Assembly: GCF_004353825.1 (NCBI RefSeq)
Contig: NZ_SMNA01000013.1
Coordinates: 62,001-126,000 of the forward strand
Length of the DNA stretch: 64,000 bases
Reading direction: 5' to 3'
Origin: Occultella glacieicola
Lineage (GTDB): Bacteria; Actinomycetota; Actinomycetes; Actinomycetales; Beutenbergiaceae
Under the pieces are notes generated by a model. It searched no databases. It worked only from the letters and a program-made list of their open reading frames with translations, and had not been told where the DNA came from. The translations under genes and the position numbers were made by a program. Within the stretch, counting starts at the first letter, position 1. Every line of letters begins with the position of its first letter. Positions 9,815-17,531 of the stretch are shown one piece after another.

Positions 9815-10447
9815 ATGGTGGCAACCCAGCCCGCGGCCTCCGCAGGACCGAGCGATCCGATGCCCGACCACAAGCGCGCCGCGGGCACACGGCTCGGTCG
9901 CCGGAACGACCCCGACCGGCGCGACCGGATCATCGACGCCTGCATCGAGGTCGTCTCACGCGCCGGTGTCGCCGGCACCTCCCACCGGAAGGTCGCTGCC
10001 CAGGCCGCCGTCCCGCTCGGCGCGATGACGTACTACTTCGACGGCATGGACGACCTCCTGCGAGAGGCCTTCACTAGGTTCGCCACGACGATCAGCGACA
10101 GGTTCGAACGCCGCATGGCCGCGGCCCCCGATGCCGACGCCGCACGGGAGGCCGTGATCGCGATCATCCTCGAGGACGTCTTCGGCGATGACCGCGAACT
10201 CGTGTTGTCGCACGAGCTCTACACGCTCGCCGCCCGCGACCGGTCCTACCGCTCGATCACCGCCGACTGGATGGCACGCAGCCGCGCCGCCCTCGAGCGC
10301 CACTTCGATCCCGAAACCGCGCGCATGCTCGACGCGCTCATCGAGGGGCTCACCATCCACCGTGCGCTCGACTCACAGCCTCGCGACCCTCGCGAGGTCG
10401 AGATCGCCGTCACCCGCATCCTGACCCGTGGCGGCGAAGCTCGATAG
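9815..10447 (+). CDS. TetR family transcriptional regulator
   Basis: N-terminal HTH (RDRIIDAC...GTSHRKVAAQAAVPLGAMTYYF); divergent from the MFS gene. Confidence 0.88.
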   Translation: MVATQPAASAGPSDPMPDHKRAAGTRLGRRNDPDRRDRIIDACIEVVSRAGVAGTSHRKVAAQAAVPLGAMTYYFDGMDDLLREAFTRFATTISDRFERRMAAAPDADAAREAVIAIILEDVFGDDRELVLSHELYTLAARDRSYRSITADWMARSRAALERHFDPETARMLDALIEGLTIHRALDSQPRDPREVEIAVTRILTRGGEAR

Positions 10448-10504
10448 GCATCGGGGTCATCCCCACGGGGTGCGAAGGCCCGCAGGCGGGCATAGCGTGC
10501 GGAA

Positions 10505-11128
10505 ATGAACGCCAATGAACCCGGCTCACTGTCCGCCGTGATGCTCAACTGCACGCTGAGTCCTTCTCCGGCCGATTCGAGCACCGACGTGCTGGGCCGG
10601 CAGGTGCTCGACTCTCTTGCCGAGCACGGGGTTTCCGGCTCTCAGGTGCGCGTCGTCGACCGCGACGTGCGTCCCGGCGTCGAACTCGACATGGGGGAGG
10701 GGGATGAGTGGCCGGCGATCCGCGAGCAGATCATGGACTCGGACATCCTTATTCTGGCCACGCCCACGTGGATGGGGCAACAGTCGAGCGTCGCGCAGCG
10801 GGTCTTCGAGCGGCTCGATGCGGAACTGTCCGAGACCGATGACGAGGGCCGGCTCCTGACGTTCGGCAAGGTGGCGGTCGTGGTGGTGGTCGGCAACGAG
10901 GACGGTGCTCACCACATCTCCGCGGTGGCGTACCAGTGCCTCAACGATGTCGGCTTCACCATCCCGGCGCAGGGCGTGACCTACTGGAACGGTGAGGCCA
11001 TGCACACGGTCGACTACAAGGAGCTCGAGCAGGTCCCGGAGGGAACCGCATCGGCGACGGCGACGCTGGCCGCCAATGCCGCCCACCTTGCCCGGCTGCT
11101 GCGCCGAGACGGCTACCCGGCAGCCTGA
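10505..11128 (+). CDS. Flavodoxin / NADPH-dependent FMN reductase family protein
   Basis: LNCTLSPSP, LATPTWMG and VGNEDGAHH motifs. Confidence 0.8.
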   Translation: MNANEPGSLSAVMLNCTLSPSPADSSTDVLGRQVLDSLAEHGVSGSQVRVVDRDVRPGVELDMGEGDEWPAIREQIMDSDILILATPTWMGQQSSVAQRVFERLDAELSETDDEGRLLTFGKVAVVVVVGNEDGAHHISAVAYQCLNDVGFTIPAQGVTYWNGEAMHTVDYKELEQVPEGTASATATLAANAAHLARLLRRDGYPAA

Positions 11129-11134
11129 CGTTCG

Positions 11135-11971
11135 GTGACGCCCAGCCTCGACCTGCTCCTGCCCGTCGGGCCGCAACCCTTCGCGCCGGCCGAACAACGA
11201 CGGGTCCGTGCGGCCGTTGACGAAGGGTTGGCAGACGGGCTGTGGGTCCGGGACCTGCCGTGCGTACCGTTCGGCGACCAGGACGCCGGACAGGGTGGCG
11301 ACCCGTTCGCCCACCTGGCCTTCCTCGCGGGCGCGGGGCTCGACCGCGGGCTGCGCCATCTGGGAACGGCCGCCATCATCCTGGGCCTGCGCCATCCGCT
11401 CGTCGTCGCACGTGCGGTCACCGGCCTGCAGTCGCAGGCCAGTTGCCGTCTCGTCCTGGGCGTCGGCACCGGCGGCAAACCTGCGATGAACGACGCGCTC
11501 GGCATCTCCGGTCGGTCGATGCGTGACTTCGCCGGGCAGTGGGACCAACTGCGTGAGGCGCTCCTCCGCCCGGGCGACGGCGCGGCGACGACGTTCGTGG
11601 TCCCCGGGGACTACCGCCCCCCGGACATGCAGCTGGCCACCTCGAACATCGCCAGGTGGGAGGCGATCGAGGGCAGGGCGGAGGGCTGGCAGACATTCCT
11701 CACCACGCCCGAGGACTACCTGACAGCGCTGGACGCCGTGCTGACCGTGCACAACGGACCGCTCCGGGTCTGCGTCCGCGCCGATGTCACCCTGACCAGC
11801 GACGCACCGGCGTCCCCGCAGGTCGGCGAGCGGGGACGAGTCACCTGCAACCCACAGCAGCTCGCCGGGCTCCTGCGCCCCTGGGTCCAGCTGCCCGTCG
11901 ATCACCTGCTCCTGAGTCTGCGCGGAGCCGACCCGCTCGCGACCCTGCGACTGGTTCGCGAGTCCCTGTGA
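11135..11971 (+). CDS. Luciferase-like (LLM) flavin-dependent oxidoreductase, short and divergent
   Basis: GLWVRDLP, DPFAHLAFLA, LGTAAIILGLRHP and LVLGVGTG motifs. Confidence 0.7.
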   Translation: MTPSLDLLLPVGPQPFAPAEQRRVRAAVDEGLADGLWVRDLPCVPFGDQDAGQGGDPFAHLAFLAGAGLDRGLRHLGTAAIILGLRHPLVVARAVTGLQSQASCRLVLGVGTGGKPAMNDALGISGRSMRDFAGQWDQLREALLRPGDGAATTFVVPGDYRPPDMQLATSNIARWEAIEGRAEGWQTFLTTPEDYLTALDAVLTVHNGPLRVCVRADVTLTSDAPASPQVGERGRVTCNPQQLAGLLRPWVQLPVDHLLLSLRGADPLATLRLVRESL

Positions 11972-11989
11972 CCCGGCGTGGCCTGGGGC

Positions 11990-12384
11990 CAGCGCCGGCG
12001 GAAACCAAAGGTCGCACTGGATCCGCTGGCCCGGGTCATGAGCCGTGCGCGTGGCCGAGTCCGGCGGCAAGTAGTACGCCGCAACTCACGGACCCGGTGC
12101 TTCAGAACCGTGAACCACCCGCACCTACCCCCAATCCCGCTCAGGCAATCACCGTCGCCGGCATTCGCGGATACGTGTGCAACAACTCCCGGATCGCAGG
12201 CTCCGCCGCGTGCACGACCGAGCCTTTCGCCGCCCGCGCATGCTTCGGCGGCGATTCGCGCGCCAGCGCCCGGTGCAGCCTGCGGATCTACGCCCAGTCC
12301 TCCACGGTCATCACTCTCCTCGGCTTGGCCGAGGGGTCTGAATTCGGCCGTCGCTACGGGGTGAGTCTTCAGGCGTCGTCGACA
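11990..12384 (-). mobile_element. IS21-family remnant: left end plus decayed 5' part of istA
   Basis: Minus strand begins TGTCGACGACGCCTGAAGACTCACCCC then TAGCGACGGCCGAATTCAGACCCC (repeated IR motifs); then MTVEDWA*IRRLHRA|LARESPPK...IRELL...MPATVIA...TVLKHRVRELR...LPPDSATRT...QCDLWFPP, i.e. IstA N-terminus with a stop, frameshifts and a deletion. Confidence 0.82.
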
Positions 12385-12825
12385 CCCCTAATTGTCTGGA
12401 ACGTTCCCCTTTCGTTCAGATGCCGCACGCGTGCTGGAAGCACGGTGCCTCAACCGCCTCCGCAACTGACTCTTGAACCGTCGTTGCGCCGTCTCAAGCA
12501 TCACGAAGCGCGGGTCGTTCGCGCCCTCGAAGTAGGAGTTCTCAGCGGCGTCGCGGCCACCGTCGGCCTCGATGACCCGAGCCAGGCTTTCCCGCATCGG
12601 CGGTCCGTCAGAGAACTTTCTGGCCCACGCGGCCTTCGGCGTCTCCGGCCCGGTCCCTCCTTCGGTTATGAATCCAAGGCCGACGTCTACCTGCTCGCGC
12701 AACGCTTCGGCTAGGGACGCCCTTATCAAGCAGGCGAAAGCGCTCGATGCGGGATTCGACCTTCACGGACTGGGCGAGCGAGATCGGCTAGAGGGCCTGG
12801 GACAGCCGTACGTCGCTGGCGGTGC

Positions 12826-13524
12826 TCATGTCGAAACGAGGTCCTCGCTCAGGTGCGGCATCCAGTCGATGGCGCGCGCGGTCATGGTCGTGAGATCGGT
12901 CAGTGGCTCGTCAGCGAACAGGCTGATCGCGGTGTTGTGCTTGGTGACCCAGCCGGTCATGGCCGTGATGCCGAGGAACGAGCGAAACAGGTGCTGGAAG
13001 AACGCCCCGTGCGTGAGAAGGGCGACCACGTCGGTCGCCTGGTGCTGCTCGCGAAGCCCCTCGATCAGGATGCGCGCACGTTCGGCGCGCGCCTGATGGT
13101 CGTGCTCGTAGGGCTTGACGTACCAGCCGTTCGGTCCGGCGCCGGCTGGTAGCACCAGCCGTGAGCTGACCGCCTGGAGCGCGTCTGCCGTCGCGCCGGG
13201 GTGTGTCCTGGGCATGCCGTCCTCACCGTCGATGAAGACGCCGGCCGTCTCGTAGGCGTCGAGGTGGCCAAGCAGCGGGAGGTCGACGGCGTCCGCGAGT
13301 GGCGCGGCGGTCTGCACCGCGCGTGTCATCAGGCTGGTGTGGATGTGGGTGAGTTGCCAGGGCAGCACCCCGGCCGCGACCGCCTGAGCCAGCAAAGCGG
13401 CCTGGGTGTGGCCGAGGTCGGTCAACTCGGGGTCGTGGTGACGGCCGATGGAGGCGCCGGTCTGGGACTCGAGGAGGTTGTTGGCCGACTGGCCGTGTCT
13501 GATCACTACGAAGCGCACAGGCAC
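12826..13524 (-). CDS. Histidine phosphatase (phosphoglycerate mutase) family protein
   Basis: RHGQS, SLMTRAVQTA, LTHG and NTAIS motifs. Confidence 0.85.
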   Translation of the reverse strand: MPVRFVVIRHGQSANNLLESQTGASIGRHHDPELTDLGHTQAALLAQAVAAGVLPWQLTHIHTSLMTRAVQTAAPLADAVDLPLLGHLDAYETAGVFIDGEDGMPRTHPGATADALQAVSSRLVLPAGAGPNGWYVKPYEHDHQARAERARILIEGLREQHQATDVVALLTHGAFFQHLFRSFLGITAMTGWVTKHNTAISLFADEPLTDLTTMTARAIDWMPHLSEDLVST

Positions 13525-13587
13525 ATTCTTCCCGAGACTCGGCCAGTCCGGTGCGCGGCGAAGCCGTTCACCCGCGGTGACGACGGT

Positions 13588-14060
13588 TCAGGCATCCGGA
13601 AACGGTCGATCGTGGTCGATCATTGCTGCCAGGCCCTCGTTGAGTCCCTGTGCACGTGTGCCTTCGCAGACCGGAGCGGGGTTCTCGTGGCACAGGGCCG
13701 CCAGATCGATCCCTGGGTCGATGGACTCCGCACCGGTCAGTCCCACAGCGCCTGGATGGAGCATGAGCGTTTCGACCCAATCTGTGACGTTCGTGCACGT
13801 TGTCACGGTGGCCCGGATGGCTGTTTTCTCCGCTCCTCCCGTCCGCGTCATTTCCTCATCGGCGGCCTCATTGCCTCGACGCAAGCCGCTGAAATGGCGC
13901 GGCACTGGGGGCCGCGGTCGCGGATGGTGCTAGTACGTCCGTGGTCGTGGCGCGCGCTCTGGCCGCAGGAGGCGTCGGGTCGCCAGTCTCAGCAGTGCAC
14001 GAGGTAAGTACCAGCGCGAGCAGGCCGATGATGGTCCGACGAGCGAGTGTGTCAGCGTGC
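13588..14060 (-). pseudogene. Frameshifted Cys-containing lipoprotein remnant
   Basis: Signal peptide with lipobox (RRTIIGLLALVLTSC) in one frame; continues as AISAACVEAM and AADEE...TTCTNVTDWVETL...ALCHENPAPVC in two other frames. Confidence 0.4.
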
Positions 14061-14095
14061 GACGATCTCAGCCGGCTGCTAGAGGGGCCCGGGTC

Positions 14096-14196
14096 GGCTC
14101 CGCTCTCGGCTTCCGCAACCTGACCCACTACATCGCCCGATCACTCCTGGAAGCAGGCGGCTTCAGACGGCTGCTACACCCCATCTGCGATGAGCC
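14096..14196 (+). mobile_element. ISL3-family remnant: transposase C-terminus and right end
   Basis: Translates as GSALGFRNLTHYIARSLLEAGGFRRLLHP, the characteristic C-terminus of actinobacterial ISL3 transposases; ends in GATGAGCC, resembling the ISL3 terminal IR. Confidence 0.78.
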
Positions 14197-14272
14197 CCGA
14201 ATCGCCCCACTTCGGTGGTGCGGAAACCACTAGGCTCCGACGCAAGCGGAGTTTCCGACAAAGGGGTGCAGA

Positions 14273-15364
14273 ATGGATATCGGCGAGCGGCTGGCGTCAC
14301 TTGCGACGAAGATCGAGCAGCAGAAGGCGTCCATCGGGACTGAGGAAGCGACGAAGAACGCCTTCGTTATGCCGTTCATTTCCCTGGTCCTTGGGTATGA
14401 CGTGTTCAACCCGAGCGAGGTGATCCCGGAGTTCACTGCAGACGTCGGGACGAAGAAAGGCGAGAAGATTGACTACGCCATCGTCAAGGGCGGCGAACTC
14501 CAGATGCTCATCGAGGCCAAGACGGTCGGCTCCTCGCTCAGCCTGAACCACGCCTCGCAGCTGTTTCGCTACTTCGCGACAACGAACGCACGCATCGCGA
14601 TCCTGACCAACGGGCAGCACTTCCACTTCTTCACCGACCTCGACAAGCCCAACCGGATGGACGAGAAGCCGTTCCTCCAGTTGGACTTGCTCGACCTCGA
14701 CGAGACGCTCATCCCGGAGGTCCAGAAACTCACCAAGGACGCGTTCGACCTTGATTCGATCGTCAGCGCCGCCGAGGAGCTCAAGTACATCGGCGCGCTC
14801 AAGCGGGCGCTGGCCGCCCAGTTCCGTGAGCCGGACGACGAGTGGGTCAAGGCACTGACGAACCAGGTCTACGACGGTTCGTTCACCCAGAAGGTCAAGG
14901 AGCAGTTCCGCGTCCTAGTGCCCAAGGCCATGAAGCAGTTCCTCGCCGACCAGGTCAACGACCGCCTCAAGGCAGCGCTCGGTGGCCAGACCTACGCCGA
15001 CACGACCGTGCCGATGACGGGGGCCGAGGCGGCCGTGGAGAGCGTCGCTGAGGCCAAGGCGTCCGATGAACGTGGCATCGAGACCACGCTCGAGGAGGTC
15101 GAGGGTTACCAGATCGTGCGCGCTATCGCCTGCAGCGAGATCACGCCAGCGCGGATCATGCACCGCGACACCAAGAGCTACATGGGCATCCTGCTCGACG
15201 ATAACAACCGCAAGCCGATCGCCCGCCTGCACTTCAACACCGGCCAGAAGTACCTTGGCCTGTTCGACGAGGACAAGGCCGAGACACGACACCCGATCAC
15301 CTCGCTCGATGAGATCTACGAGCACGCCGAGCACATCCGCAAGACCGTGCACAACTACCTCTGA
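14273..15364 (+). CDS. Stand-alone type I restriction enzyme HsdR N-terminal-domain (PD-(D/E)xK) endonuclease
   Basis: TEEATKNAFVMPFI..LGYDVFNP.EV.PE, KGEKIDYAI, IEAK, QLFRYF and ILTNG motifs; C-terminal DDNNRKPIARLHFN. Confidence 0.85.
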   Translation: MDIGERLASLATKIEQQKASIGTEEATKNAFVMPFISLVLGYDVFNPSEVIPEFTADVGTKKGEKIDYAIVKGGELQMLIEAKTVGSSLSLNHASQLFRYFATTNARIAILTNGQHFHFFTDLDKPNRMDEKPFLQLDLLDLDETLIPEVQKLTKDAFDLDSIVSAAEELKYIGALKRALAAQFREPDDEWVKALTNQVYDGSFTQKVKEQFRVLVPKAMKQFLADQVNDRLKAALGGQTYADTTVPMTGAEAAVESVAEAKASDERGIETTLEEVEGYQIVRAIACSEITPARIMHRDTKSYMGILLDDNNRKPIARLHFNTGQKYLGLFDEDKAETRHPITSLDEIYEHAEHIRKTVHNYL

Positions 15365-15517
15365 GCACCATCGCCGCGCTTGGCGCCGGATCAGGTTGTG
15401 TGCCGCCGTTACCGCGCGGGTACCGCCGAGGGTGTCGAGGACGCCGAGGGCGTGGGTGTGCCGTTGACGATCTTCGTGCCCACTACTGCACATCGCGGCT
15501 CGGGCAAGAACAACAGA

Positions 15518-15549
15518 ATCCCGCCGAAAACTGGTGTTTCTGGCGGGAT
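15518..15549 (-). terminator. Hairpin downstream of tRNA-Ser
   Basis: ATCCCGCCgAAAAC...GTTTCtGGCGGGAT imperfect inverted repeat; T-rich tail on the minus strand. Confidence 0.5.
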
Positions 15550-15565
15550 CCTGGAGACTGCTGGG

Positions 15566-15650
15566 CGGAGGATGGGGGATTCGAACCCCCGAGGGCTTGC
15601 ACCCAACACGCTTTCCAAGCGTGCGCCATAGGCCACTAGGCGAATCCTCC
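15566..15650 (-). tRNA. tRNA-Ser(GGA)
   Basis: GGAGGATTCGCCTAGTGG...CACGC-TTGGAAA-GCGTG...GGTTCGAATCCCCCATCCTCCG; long variable arm. Confidence 0.96.
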
Positions 15651-15836
15651 TGGTCAGGCGTCCACGAGGATACCCGAGTTGGGCGGCGGTTCCGAACCGG
15701 CTGCCGTGACCCGCCACACAGCGCGTCGGTTGCGCCGACCGTGGCCCAGACGGTTGCATGGTGATATGGACGACCCTCCGCATAGACCCGCCCGACTGCG
15801 ACGCGCCGCCGAGCCGCCCGCCGGAACGGCCCGCTG

Positions 15837-17174
15837 ATGGACGGCGGCACGCTCGTCAGCATCGGCCTCGTGCTGCTGTTCATCCTCATCGGAGGGGTCT
15901 TCGCGGCCACCGAGATCGCGCTCGTGTCGCTGCGCGAGAGCCAGATCGACCAGATCGCCGAGAAGAGCGAACGGGGTGCCCGGGTGGCCGCCGTGGCCCG
16001 CGACCCGAACCGGTTCCTGGCCGCCGTCCAGATCGGTGTGACGGTCGCCGGGTTCTTCTCCGCGGCGTACGGGGCGTCCACGATCGCCCCCGACTTCGTC
16101 CCGATCCTGGTCGGCTGGGGGATGCCGGAGTCCGCCGCGAGCACGGTGGCCCTGATCGTGATGACGCTGCTGATCGCGTATCTGTCCCTGGTGCTCGGCG
16201 AGCTCGTGCCGAAGCGGTTCGCGCTGCAGCGCTCCACCGGGGTCGCCCTCGGCGTCGGCCCGCTACTGGACCGGTTCTCGACCCTGATGCGGCCGGTGAT
16301 CTGGCTGCTCTCGGTGTCCACGAACGCCGTCGTGCGGCTGTTCGGCGGCGATCCGAACGCCACGAACGAGGAGATCACCGACGAGGAGTTGCGTGGCCTG
16401 GTCATCGCCCACGAGGGCCTGCCCGAGGACGAGCGGCAGATCCTGCGGGACGTGTTCGACGCGGGCGAACGCTCGGTCAGCGAGGTGATGCGCCCCCGGC
16501 ACGAGGTCGCGTTCCTCGACGGCGACCTCGGCATCCGCGAGGCGACCCGGTTCATCGCGGACCAGCCGTACTCCCGGTACCCGGTCATCGGTGAGGACTT
16601 CGACGACATCCTCGGCTTCGTGCACGTCCGGGACCTCTTCCTCGCCGACGTCGCCACCCTCGCCCCGGACGACGAGGTGCCCCCGACCGTGCACCCGGGC
16701 ACGTCCGCGCAGAAGGTCCGGGACCTGGCCCGCGAGATCGTGGTGCTGCCCTCCACGAACGCGCTGCTGCCCTCGATGTCCATCATGCGGCGGGCCCGGA
16801 TCCACATCGCGGTCGTCATCGACGAGTACGGTGGCACGGACGGGATCGTGACGCTGGAGGACCTCGTCGAGGAGCTCGTCGGCGAGATCCACGACGAGCA
16901 TGACGTCGAGCTCGTCGGGGACGCGTCACCGGCCGAGGACGACGGCCTGATCGACGCCGGCCTCAACCTCGAGGACTTCGCCGACCGGGTCGGGTTCGAG
17001 CTGGTGGACGAGGGCGACTACGAGACCGTCGGCGGCTACTTCCTGGACCGGCTGGGCCGGGTCGCGCAGGTCGGCGACGTGGTGCCGGCGGGCGACCACG
17101 TCCTCGAGGCGGTCGAGATCGACGGGCACCGGATCGTCACGGTGCGGGTGCACCGGACCGAGACCGGCAGCTGA
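15837..17174 (+). CDS. Hemolysin/CNNM (DUF21-CBS-CorC) membrane protein
   Basis: FAATEIALVSLR, GELVPKR, YSRYPV and DEYGGTDGIVTLEDLVEELVGEI motifs. Confidence 0.9.
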   Translation: MDGGTLVSIGLVLLFILIGGVFAATEIALVSLRESQIDQIAEKSERGARVAAVARDPNRFLAAVQIGVTVAGFFSAAYGASTIAPDFVPILVGWGMPESAASTVALIVMTLLIAYLSLVLGELVPKRFALQRSTGVALGVGPLLDRFSTLMRPVIWLLSVSTNAVVRLFGGDPNATNEEITDEELRGLVIAHEGLPEDERQILRDVFDAGERSVSEVMRPRHEVAFLDGDLGIREATRFIADQPYSRYPVIGEDFDDILGFVHVRDLFLADVATLAPDDEVPPTVHPGTSAQKVRDLAREIVVLPSTNALLPSMSIMRRARIHIAVVIDEYGGTDGIVTLEDLVEELVGEIHDEHDVELVGDASPAEDDGLIDAGLNLEDFADRVGFELVDEGDYETVGGYFLDRLGRVAQVGDVVPAGDHVLEAVEIDGHRIVTVRVHRTETGS

Positions 17175-17190
17175 AGCCGCCGATTGGGCA

Positions 17191-17277
17191 TGCCCGACGG
17201 CGGATGGTCGCCGTCGTGGTCGGTGCCGGCTTCGTCCCGTGCCCGACGGCGGATGCTCGCCTCGGGTGGTCGGCGCA
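17191..17277. repeat. Two ~36-bp direct repeats (49-bp period) upstream of ffs
   Basis: TGCCCGACGGCGGATG(G/C)TCGCC...GTGGTCGG(T/C)GC at 17191 and 17240. Confidence 0.6.
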
Positions 17278-17337
17278 CCTGTGCGCGCTGGTCGGCCGGT
17301 TCGAACCTGTCCGAACGCCCGGTTAGTATGGACGGCA

Positions 17338-17425
17338 GACCCCCCGTGTGGCGTCATCCCGCTGAACCCCCCCAGGGCCGGAAGGCAGCAAGGGCAGGTG
17401 GGCTCTGATGGGTACGCGGGGGGTC
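17338..17425 (+). ncRNA. ffs: Signal recognition particle RNA (small bacterial type)
   Basis: Helix-8 motif CAGGGCC-GGAA-GGCAGCAAGG; terminal stem GACCCCCCG/CGGGGGGTC; TAGTAT -10 at 17324; usual position upstream of dnaX. Confidence 0.93.
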
Positions 17426-17531
17426 CTTCATGCCCGCCTCTGCCCGGTCGGCGGCGGCCGCAGCCGGGGCTTCGCGGCCGGAGCGCACCGGCGACTGGGG
17501 CAACGTCGGTGCTGCCGCCTATTGTGATCGG

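Noticed and set aside
12388..12729. 113-aa minus-strand ORF next to the IS21 end
   Set aside because: TTG start without SD and no recognisable motif; it may be a gene remnant but cannot be supported
15365..15500. Possible integrase remnant (RHTHA on the minus strand) next to tRNA-Ser
   Set aside because: Only a five-residue match with no other tyrosine-recombinase motif
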